Of a DNA stretch of 20,000 nucleotides, positions 1 to 5,400 are shown piece after piece (positions within the stretch are counted from its first letter, which is position 1; the number at the start of each line of letters is the position of its first letter). Source of the stretch: an uncultured virus (IMG/VR IMGVR_UViG_3300022074_000023) (Duplodnaviria; Heunggongvirae; Uroviricota; Caudoviricetes); IMG/VR virus record IMGVR_UViG_3300022074_000023; one strand, given 5' to 3'. The translations under genes were made by a program, and so were the position numbers. A model generated the notes under the pieces. It had not been told where the DNA came from, did no database searches, and saw only the letters and a list, made by a program, of their open reading frames with translations.

Positions 1-173
1 ACATGATGTCAGTGACTGGTGATAAAGTATCAGCAGTAGATTTAAATAAAGTTGTGATGATAAATTCTTCAAAGAAAGAACAGAAATCAAATGTTCTCTC
101 TAGTAATGACCTGGCATATCAAGAAGCAAGACGCCAAAGAAAAGTGCGTAAATTGGATTTTGAAATAAAGTGA
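1..173 (+). CDS. 3' part of a hypothetical phage protein (probably starts before the window)
   Basis: Open frame 3 (MMSVTGDKVSAVDLNKVVMINSS...EARRQRKVRKLDFEIK*) ending at TGA 171-173, overlapping the GTG start of the next gene (GTGA). Confidence 0.7.
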   Translation, partial: MMSVTGDKVSAVDLNKVVMINSSKKEQKSNVLSSNDLAYQEARRQRKVRKLDFEIK

Positions 174-664
174 CTTCTTTTGATGTTGGATATTTGGATA
201 AGTTTGAAATAAGAACTTATTATAATATTTTACCTGAGGAAGAAAGACTTGTATTACGTTATAAAGGTGGACTAAATTTAAAAAGAATATCAGGTGCCCC
301 CGGATTACAAACTTACCCAAATCTTCATCTATTATCTGAAGAATCTGATTATCTTATCAATAAGGTCAGAGAAAAAGTTGGGATAGAAAATCAAGTATTA
401 ACATCTTGGATTAATTATACTGATCATCGGTTTTCATATGAATTTTGGCATAATCATAATCGACCACATTATCATGAATTTACTTGTGTCTATATGATAG
501 AGAATCCTGAAAATGTTGGAACTTGGTTTAAGTATGGTGATAAAATATATAAAAGTAAATGTCCTACTAATTCAGCAATTACTTTTTCAAAACGTTTAGA
601 CCATACGGTCCCTCCAATTACAAAAAAATCAAGATATAGTTTGGCTATAGATTTTCATATGTAA
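170..664 (+). CDS. 2OG-Fe(II) oxygenase superfamily protein (putative)
   Basis: 164 aa. WHNH (HxH metal ligands), distal His in LDHTVPP and C-terminal RYS (RxS 2-oxoglutarate motif), typical of cyanophage 2OG-Fe(II) oxygenases. Confidence 0.7.
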   Translation: MTSFDVGYLDKFEIRTYYNILPEEERLVLRYKGGLNLKRISGAPGLQTYPNLHLLSEESDYLINKVREKVGIENQVLTSWINYTDHRFSYEFWHNHNRPHYHEFTCVYMIENPENVGTWFKYGDKIYKSKCPTNSAITFSKRLDHTVPPITKKSRYSLAIDFHM

Positions 665-755
665 TTTTTGTGTATCAACACAATACAATATAAAGTGAAT
701 ATGTAATGCATATATATCCTAAAGCATCTTATTTTCACCTAATCATAACAAAATG

Positions 756-784
756 TTGCTATAGCTGCTTGCATGGGTTATGAT
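756..784 (+). promoter_or_regulatory. sigma70-like (early/host-type) promoter
   Basis: TTGCTA (756-761), 17 nt spacer, TATGAT (779-784), upstream of ORF 828, which has a GGAG Shine-Dalgarno. Confidence 0.5.
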
Positions 785-827
785 GCTACCATGCAGTTGA
801 CTACAAAAACTACAACGGAGTACCAAT

Positions 828-1109
828 ATGACCGAAGACAGGGAACTGTCCGACCTTAAATTAGAAAGGAAGGAATGTCCTAAGTGTCGTGCCATTTGGA
901 TAAATGGTGAACACTACTGGTCTGGGACTGGAAACAAAGGCAATGAATTAGATCTTGCTGGATTAGTGTGTAACAATTATGGGGATCATACTTGTATCAA
1001 TCCATTAAAGGGATATGAAGGTGGTGATACTTGGGAAAAACGTCTTGAAACATTAAATGGATTGGATGACCTAAAGGAGGGGTATGAAGATGGTGACTGG
1101 TATGTTTAA
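828..1109 (+). CDS. hypothetical protein with CxxC and two further Cys (possible metal binding)
   Basis: 93 aa ORF, SD GGAG, ECPKC...VCNNYGDHTC. Confidence 0.8.
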   Translation: MTEDRELSDLKLERKECPKCRAIWINGEHYWSGTGNKGNELDLAGLVCNNYGDHTCINPLKGYEGGDTWEKRLETLNGLDDLKEGYEDGDWYV

Positions 1110-1320
1110 GGATTGGGGTAAGGGAAATGAACCTCCCGAATGGACAACTAAAGTTGAAGTGCAGGAGATGATAGATACTGCTATACGAAGACATAATCGT
1201 AATGCTGGTATCATCAGTATGTTCGTTGGGTTCTTTATTCTAGGACTTTTCTCTGAAGGTCTTCTTAGATTGATTGGAGCTATACCCCCACTATTCCCAT
1301 GGATGGATATACATTTATAG
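1090..1320 (+). CDS. small hypothetical membrane protein
   Basis: AGGAGG at 1075-1080 best fits ATG 1090 (alternatives 1084, 1102). Hydrophobic stretch IISMFVGFFILGLFSEGLLRLIGAI. Confidence 0.75.
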   Translation: MVTGMFKDWGKGNEPPEWTTKVEVQEMIDTAIRRHNRNAGIISMFVGFFILGLFSEGLLRLIGAIPPLFPWMDIHL

Positions 1321-1502
1321 AATGGGTAGGAGTTGCTACTGCATTTTTGTTTGGAATCACTATGATATGTCAAGGACATTTTATCTTTCATCAGAAACAT
1401 GGCTACTCCAGAAAAGAAACAGAAGACCCAGAAGCAAGAGACCGAGTTAGACGCCAAGTCGAAGCGGCAATTAGAGATCGAAAAGATGATTCATCCTCAT
1501 GA
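1299..1502 (+). CDS. small hypothetical membrane protein
   Basis: 67 aa, N-terminal TM-like segment (WVGVATAFLFGITMI), charged tail, overlaps neighbours. Confidence 0.7.
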   Translation: MDGYTFIEWVGVATAFLFGITMICQGHFIFHQKHGYSRKETEDPEARDRVRRQVEAAIRDRKDDSSS

Positions 1503-1665
1503 TGATCCTCCTGATCCAACTGCAAACATGGGTAATTACAATTTCCCACAAATGTTATTTGCATTTTGCCTTGGGTTTGTAACTATGTTTGTTTTGGCAG
1601 TTGACGAAATTAATGATTTCAAAGGATGCCCACTACCAGAGTACTTCCAAGAAAACGTTAAATGA
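1486..1665 (+). CDS. small hypothetical membrane protein
   Basis: Likely start ATG 1486 (MIHPHDDPP...), not 1399. TM-like MLFAFCLGFVTMFVLAV. Stop overlaps next ATG (ATGA). Confidence 0.65.
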   Translation: MIHPHDDPPDPTANMGNYNFPQMLFAFCLGFVTMFVLAVDEINDFKGCPLPEYFQENVK

Positions 1666-1820
1666 AACCAGACGAAAAGAGAGAGTTCTACAAAGGACTT
1701 CGAGAGCGTATCAAACAACTCAGAATGGAGCATTTGTTTGAAGAACCATGTTCTTTATATGAACCTGAGTGGAATGATGATGATGAGGAACCCGATCAAT
1801 TCATAGGAGAAAACATATGA
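1662..1820 (+). CDS. hypothetical protein (52 aa, not in ORF track)
   Basis: MKPDEKREFYKGLRERIKQLRMEHLFEEPCSLYEPEWNDDDEEPDQFIGENI*, with ATGA overlaps at both ends. Confidence 0.7.
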   Translation: MKPDEKREFYKGLRERIKQLRMEHLFEEPCSLYEPEWNDDDEEPDQFIGENI

Positions 1821-2023
1821 ATTTTACGCTATTGTTATGTCTGTCTCCACTAGTCATTATCTACATAGTAATGAAATTTGCTGTGTGGTTATCTGCCGTA
1901 AACACCGAATCAAGTTATGTCAGAAAAGAACCTTCCAGAAAAAGAGGACCCTTCGTGGAGAATGCATATGCAGACGTTGATGAGGAGGAAGAGGAGTATG
2001 GAGATCGCACAGATTATCGATAA
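1817..2023 (+). CDS. small hypothetical membrane protein
   Basis: 68 aa, SD AGGAG, N-terminal TM segment, acidic tail. Confidence 0.75.
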   Translation: MNFTLLLCLSPLVIIYIVMKFAVWLSAVNTESSYVRKEPSRKRGPFVENAYADVDEEEEEYGDRTDYR

Positions 2024-2132
2024 TGCAATTCAAGAATATTATGATGAGAAGGGTCAACCAGTTCCTCAATGGAAAATGAAACATGATCCTGATTGGTGGA
2101 TAGAATATCTTCGTGAATTGGAGGAACAATGA
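1998..2132 (+). CDS. hypothetical protein (44 aa)
   Basis: MEIAQIIDNAIQEYYDEKGQPVPQWKMKHDPDWWIEYLRELEEQ*. Purine-rich SD-like sequence before ATG 1998; ATGA overlap with next gene. Confidence 0.65.
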   Translation: MEIAQIIDNAIQEYYDEKGQPVPQWKMKHDPDWWIEYLRELEEQ

Positions 2133-2212
2133 GTTTATTATTCATATTTGTTTTTATGACATTATTGATGGCAGGAATGCAACTTACATGGCCAGGGAGG
2201 TATAGAGGATGA
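2129..2212 (+). CDS. very small hydrophobic peptide (27 aa, not in ORF track)
   Basis: MSLLFIFVFMTLLMAGMQLTWPGRYRG*. SD GGAGG upstream; ATGA overlaps at both ends. Confidence 0.6.
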   Translation: MSLLFIFVFMTLLMAGMQLTWPGRYRG

Positions 2213-2370
2213 TTCATTCAGCAGCACACTTTTCTGCATGGGTATTGAACACCTGGTGGACAATGGCAATTATGGGATGGTCACTGGTATTTGTTCCAAT
2301 TCTTGGAATGTGGGCAGTTCACAAATATGGATGGGAACATTGGGAACCATTTGCCAAACACCACAAATAG
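2209..2370 (+). CDS. small Trp/His-rich membrane protein (53 aa, not in ORF track)
   Basis: MIHSAAHFSAWVLNTWWTMAIMGWSLVFVPILGMWAVHKYGWEHWEPFAKHHK*. SD GGAGG upstream. Confidence 0.65.
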   Translation: MIHSAAHFSAWVLNTWWTMAIMGWSLVFVPILGMWAVHKYGWEHWEPFAKHHK

Positions 2371-2379
2371 TGCTATACT
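2351..2379 (+). promoter_or_regulatory. sigma70-like promoter with extended -10
   Basis: TTGCCA (2351-2356), 17 nt, TATACT (2374-2379), with TG at 2371-2372. Predicted start ~2385, where a hairpin begins. Confidence 0.65.
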
Positions 2380-2384
2380 TTGAA

Positions 2385-2465
2385 AGTTGAGAAGAACACC
2401 ACCCACCCTTCTCAACTGCGGTGACCCCCTTGGTAGTTCAGGGTTAGCGGCGATAGGAACTACCA
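2385..2465 (+). ncRNA. candidate structured RNA (hairpin + H-type pseudoknot) 5' of tRNA-Pro
   Basis: AGTTGAGAAG(2385-2394)/CTTCTCAACT(2408-2417), 10 bp; TGGTAGTTC(2431-2439)/GAACTACCA(2457-2465), 9 bp; crossing TGACCC(2422-2427)/GGGTTA(2441-2446). Confidence 0.5.
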
Positions 2466-2468
2466 CTT

Positions 2469-2542
2469 CGGGGTGTAGCGCAGTTTGGTAGCGCGGTGCT
2501 TTTGGGAAGCATAGGTCGCAGGTTCAAATCCTGTCTCCCCGA
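2469..2542 (+). tRNA. trnP: tRNA-Pro(UGG)
   Basis: CGGGGTG acceptor (one U-U mismatch), D arm TAGCGCAGTTTGGTAGCGC, anticodon arm GTGCT-TTTGGGA-AGCAT, T arm GCAGG-TTCAAAT-CCTGT; CCA not encoded. Confidence 0.92.
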
Positions 2543-2562
2543 TTCAATTTAATTTAATTGAT

Positions 2563-3255
2563 ATGAAACTGATTGAAGGAAAAGTAAAGACTGTTTATTC
2601 TACAGAAAGTGCTGATCAGGTATTGATTGAATATCACGATAAAGTCACTGCAGGAAATGGTGAGAAAGAAGACTATCCTGTAGGTAAAGGATCTTTATGT
2701 TGCCAGATAGCATCAATTTTATTTGAAAAGTTGCAGGAACTTGGTGTTCGCAATCACTACATTAGGCAGATTGGTCCTAATAAAATGTTATGTAAAAAAG
2801 TTGATATTATCCCTTTGGAAGTAATCTGTAGAAATAGAGCAGCAGGTTCCATTGTTAGGACTACAACTATCACTGAAGGTCAACCAATTATTCCTGCAAT
2901 TGTTGAGTTTTTCTTGAAAGATGATTCAAAGCATGATCCTCTTCTTACCAGGGATAGGGTAAGACTGATGGGTATTGATCCTACTCCTCTTGTAGAACAG
3001 GCATCAATGATAAACGAATATCTTTTGAACATCTTTAACATGATGGGATATGATCTTGTAGATTTTAAGATTGAGTTTGGTATTGATAATCATGGTGATT
3101 TATTTCTAGCTGATGAAATTTCACCAGACTCAATGAGATTGTGGGATAAAGTCAATCGAGATAGATTTGATAAAGACTTGTTTAGGAATGATGAAGGTGA
3201 TATTGTTCCAGCATATCAAAAGATATTGAACTCATTGCAACGTCGATTCGTTTAA
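2563..3255 (+). CDS. purC: phosphoribosylaminoimidazole-succinocarboxamide (SAICAR) synthase
   Basis: 230 aa: EGKVK, DKVTAGNG, IIPLEVICRNRAAGS, EFFLKDDSKHDP, LVDFKIEFG, LADEISPDSMRLWD, FDKDLFR. Confidence 0.96.
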   Translation: MKLIEGKVKTVYSTESADQVLIEYHDKVTAGNGEKEDYPVGKGSLCCQIASILFEKLQELGVRNHYIRQIGPNKMLCKKVDIIPLEVICRNRAAGSIVRTTTITEGQPIIPAIVEFFLKDDSKHDPLLTRDRVRLMGIDPTPLVEQASMINEYLLNIFNMMGYDLVDFKIEFGIDNHGDLFLADEISPDSMRLWDKVNRDRFDKDLFRNDEGDIVPAYQKILNSLQRRFV

Positions 3256-3272
3256 TTATACATACTACAAAG

Positions 3273-3440
3273 ATGGAAATTTACACCGTGGAACAGTGGC
3301 AAGAGAACTGGGAAGAACTGATGGAAAGAGTTGAGAAGGGAGAACATATTGGTGTGACAAACGGAAAAAATACTGCTATAATGATGCCTGCGGATGATGA
3401 ACTCATACGCATGTACAGAGACCACGAAGAAGGTTCCTGA
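3273..3440 (+). CDS. Phd/YefM antitoxin-like small protein (55 aa, not in ORF track)
   Basis: MEIYTVEQWQENWEELMERVEKGEHIGVTNGKNTAIMMPADDELIRMYRDHEEGS*. Pattern resembles the Phd/YefM N-terminal domain (TV.E....L.EL..RV..GE.I.IT..G...A.L.P). The CDS is better supported than the function. Confidence 0.6.
   Translation: MEIYTVEQWQENWEELMERVEKGEHIGVTNGKNTAIMMPADDELIRMYRDHEEGS
3354..3382 (+). promoter_or_regulatory. intragenic sigma70-like promoter for the tRNA pair
   Basis: GTGACA (3354-3359), 17 nt, TATAAT (3377-3382), with extended -10 TG at 3374-3375. Confidence 0.55.
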
Positions 3441-3515
3441 GGGATTGTCGCCTATCGGTTAAGGCCCACTGCTTATAACGGTGTGAACTGGGTTCAACTC
3501 CCAGCAGTCCTACCA
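3441..3515 (+). tRNA. trnI: tRNA-Ile(UAU)
   Basis: Acceptor GGGATTG/CAGTCCT + A + encoded CCA; anticodon arm CACTG-CTTATAA-CGGTG; T arm CTGGG-TTCAACT-CCCAG. Confidence 0.9.
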
Positions 3516-3588
3516 GCAGGTTTAGCAATCTGGTGAATGCAGCAAACTCATAATTTGCCTAAGGTGAGTTCGATCCTCACAACCTGCA
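3516..3588 (+). tRNA. trnM: tRNA with CAU anticodon (elongator Met; Ile2 not excluded)
   Basis: Acceptor GCAGGTT/AACCTGC + A; anticodon arm GCAAA-CTCATAA-TTTGC; T arm GTGAG-TTCGATC-CTCAC. No initiator features (paired 1-72, no three G-C anticodon stem pairs). Confidence 0.88.
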
Positions 3589-3589
3589 C

Positions 3590-3618
3590 TTGACGGTCCG
3601 CCGTCATTCCCTTATAAT
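3590..3618 (+). promoter_or_regulatory. sigma70-like promoter
   Basis: TTGACG (3590-3595), 17 nt, TATAAT (3613-3618). The -35 lies in the hairpin TGACGG-TCCG-CCGTCA. Confidence 0.75.
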
Positions 3619-3640
3619 ACTAAGGTCAACATTCAAAACA

Positions 3641-3859
3641 ATGACACTTACAGACAAATTCAAGAAAGACATTCAAACCCTTCGTGGTGCAGCAAATGGT
3701 GAACTGTTCCTTGATGTAAAGAATCCGAAACTTTTCAAAAAGGTTCGTCGTTATTATGAAAATGAAGGTGTAGTATTCTCTGGTGATCCTCTTGATGATT
3801 ATGAAATTTTGATGGAATATCTTTATAATGATCTTGAAACAGTTGAAGTAAGTTCATGA
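3641..3859 (+). CDS. hypothetical phage protein (72 aa)
   Basis: Start moved to ATG 3641 (MTLTDKFKKD...), downstream of the promoter; ATGA overlap with next gene. Confidence 0.8.
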   Translation: MTLTDKFKKDIQTLRGAANGELFLDVKNPKLFKKVRRYYENEGVVFSGDPLDDYEILMEYLYNDLETVEVSS

Positions 3860-4110
3860 ATGTTGTAAAAAAACCAACCGTTCTTCTTGAGCGGTTTCCC
3901 TATCGTTATATTCAAGTTGGCAAACTGGAAATCAACGGTATGCCAGACTGTCGCATTCAAAAGGCGGATTCTTATACGGGTCATTATAAGGATATGTATC
4001 TTTGTGATAATGAAATGCAGTTACTAACTGCTATGGAAGATCATGATTATACCTGTTGGTTAGATCCAGATGGTGTTCCTTGTTATGTAAAAGATGTCGT
4101 ATCAAAATAA
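3856..4110 (+). CDS. hypothetical phage protein (84 aa)
   Basis: Coupled ORF overlapping both neighbours. Confidence 0.8.
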   Translation: MNVVKKPTVLLERFPYRYIQVGKLEINGMPDCRIQKADSYTGHYKDMYLCDNEMQLLTAMEDHDYTCWLDPDGVPCYVKDVVSK

Positions 4111-4672
4111 AGATCATATCTATGTAAAAGAAAAAGCTGTTGATAGTTCATTCTGTGATATTGCTATTGATTGGCTTGATAATAATCCACTATGGACTAA
4201 TCCAAGTGGATTTTACATTGGATATACGCATCACATTCAGGATACTCAATTTCGATTTATTTTAGATATTGTTCATAAAAATTTTATAACCTATCGGGAT
4301 GAATGCCATCCTTTTCTACAGAAAATGTATTGTGGGTGGGGAATGGAAAGTACTTTTAATTTGCAAAAGTATAAACCAGGACAATCATATAATGCTGAGC
4401 ACATGGAGCATGGAAATGATGAATTAAGTTGTCTTAGAGTTCTTGGGTGGATGGTTTATCTAAATGATGTCAATGACGGTGGAGAAACATACTGGCCTCA
4501 GCAGAAATTTAAAAAATCTGCCAGAAAGGGTGATCTTTTAATTTGGCCTGCTGGTTGGACACACAGTCATTATGGTATTGTATCTAATACACAATACAAA
4601 TATATTCTTACTGGATGGTATTCTTATCATACTTTAATATCTGATGAAGAAAGGCGTGAGATGAACTTCTAA
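4094..4672 (+). CDS. 2OG-Fe(II) oxygenase (prolyl 4-hydroxylase-like)
   Basis: QKY.PGQ.Y..EHME (HxE), WMVYLNDVNDGGET, GDLLIWPAGWTHSH, KYILTGW. Confidence 0.88.
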   Translation: MSYQNKDHIYVKEKAVDSSFCDIAIDWLDNNPLWTNPSGFYIGYTHHIQDTQFRFILDIVHKNFITYRDECHPFLQKMYCGWGMESTFNLQKYKPGQSYNAEHMEHGNDELSCLRVLGWMVYLNDVNDGGETYWPQQKFKKSARKGDLLIWPAGWTHSHYGIVSNTQYKYILTGWYSYHTLISDEERREMNF

Positions 4673-4684
4673 TGGAAGGTGAAG

Positions 4685-4728
4685 CAGTCCCGGAGTGACT
4701 ATAAACCTGCCCTGGTCGGGACCCCTTA
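4685..4728 (+). ncRNA. structured RNA module A (copy 1 of degenerate repeat; manA/wcaG-type candidate)
   Basis: CAGTC-CCGGAGT-GACTATAAACCTGCCCTGGTCGGGACCCCTTA; AGTC/GACT stem; GC-rich stretch in AT-rich DNA; matches module B. Confidence 0.45.
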
Positions 4729-4738
4729 TCTAATTACT

Positions 4739-4963
4739 ATGATTAATTTTGATGACATGGAACTCATGCAACTTCAATTTTGCATGAGTCAAACAAAGAA
4801 GATGATGAGTTCTCCTGGTGAATATCGTCGCCATGAATCTATCACTCAAAAGGTGGAAGAGGAAATGCAGAGACGAACTGAAGAAACAGGAGCATATACC
4901 CGTGAAGGTGTATTGCGCCAACTTCAGAAGGACATTGAAGACCTTCAGTCACGGATGGACTAA
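4739..4963 (+). CDS. hypothetical protein (74 aa)
   Basis: Likely start ATG 4739 (MINFDDMELMQLQF...); the upstream GTG extension runs through RNA module A. Confidence 0.7.
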   Translation: MINFDDMELMQLQFCMSQTKKMMSSPGEYRRHESITQKVEEEMQRRTEETGAYTREGVLRQLQKDIEDLQSRMD

Positions 4964-4994
4964 AACAGTACTGGTGGAGTCATAAGACCCCTTA
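4946..4994 (+). ncRNA. structured RNA module B (copy 2 of degenerate repeat; manA/wcaG-type candidate)
   Basis: CAGTC-ACGGATG-GACTAAAACAGTACTGGTGGAGTCATAAGACCCCTTA; AGTC/GACT stem and GGAGTC/GACCCC stem. Confidence 0.5.
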
Positions 4995-4996
4995 AA

Positions 4997-5004
4997 ACTA
5001 AATA
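4997..5004 (+). promoter_or_regulatory. T4-type late promoter-like motif
   Basis: ACTAAATA, resembling the TATAAATA consensus, ~28 nt before ATG 5033. Confidence 0.4.
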
Positions 5005-5032
5005 CATACAAAATACTAAATGGATTGATACC

Positions 5033-5236
5033 ATGGCAACTAAAGGAACTGCAGCAAAATCAGCATCTGGCGCAGCTATGTCCAAATACGATGTTGAAGT
5101 TGAGGGAAGACTTAAAGCACTTGAAGCACAAGCACATTCAAAATGTGATGGCGGTGGAGACACTGCTCGTCTTGCTGCTTTAGAAGCAAAAGTTGATGAT
5201 CTCATTGGCAGACTTAGTAAGCAAATGGATTTTTGA
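5033..5236 (+). CDS. hypothetical small coiled-coil protein
   Basis: 67 aa with internal repeat RLKALEA / RLAALEA and Ala-rich N-terminus. Confidence 0.8.
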   Translation: MATKGTAAKSASGAAMSKYDVEVEGRLKALEAQAHSKCDGGGDTARLAALEAKVDDLIGRLSKQMDF

Positions 5237-5331
5237 GGTTTCTTGCTTTATCCCAAAAGCAAGTGGTGCGGATGGAGGTAACACTCCCGCCCTGTTTCTT
5301 GCTTCAGGTTAAAGAGCAAGTGGCGTGCATG
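5237..5331 (+). ncRNA. structured RNA module C, resembling cyanophage wcaG/manA RNA motifs
   Basis: Two tandem units GTTTCTTGCTT...AGCAAG-TGGYG (5238-5268, 5294-5325) forming CTTGCT/AGCAAG stems, with a central GGAG/CTCC hairpin. Lies upstream of an NAD-dependent epimerase (WcaG-class) gene. Family assignment is from memory, not a CM search. Confidence 0.65.
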
Positions 5332-5342
5332 AAAGACCTTTG

Positions 5343-5371
5343 AGGATGGTTGCATAAACCGTCCTTTTTTT
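5343..5371 (+). terminator. Rho-independent terminator
   Basis: AGGATGGTT(5343-5351)/AACCGTCCT(5357-5365) stem followed by a T run to 5371. Confidence 0.8.
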
Positions 5372-5378
5372 GTATAAT
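5350..5378 (+). promoter_or_regulatory. sigma70-like promoter for the glycan operon, overlapping the terminator
   Basis: TTGCAT (5350-5355), 17 nt, TATAAT (5373-5378), 22 nt before ATG 5401. Confidence 0.7.
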
Positions 5379-5400
5379 ACATACTATACACAATAATTTT

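Noticed and set aside
672..686. NtcA box
   Set aside because: Spacing is GTA-N9-TAC, not the canonical GTA-N8-TAC.
1090..2370. hli (high-light-inducible) genes among the small membrane ORFs
   Set aside because: None has the AExxNGRxAMxG chlorophyll-binding motif.
2418..2465. HDV-like (theta) ribozyme or ZTP riboswitch for the pseudoknot before tRNA-Pro/purC
   Set aside because: No P3/P1.1/P4 elements of the HDV fold, and it lies 5' rather than 3' of the tRNA. The ZTP consensus elements are absent. Kept only as an unassigned structured RNA.
3257..3264. Late promoter TATACATA before ORF 3273
   Set aside because: Mismatch in the core, only 8 nt from the ATG, and such motifs arise by chance in AT-rich DNA.
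4685..5325. CRISPR array from the repeated units
   Set aside because: Only two degenerate copies of each repeat, irregular spacing that contains ORFs, and no cas genes.
5350..5400. Longer starts from the ORF track (5350, and also 1399, 1917, 3590, 4679, 6314, 17226)
   Set aside because: The extensions run through terminators, promoters, RNA modules or deep into upstream genes; downstream ATGs fit domain starts and coupling.
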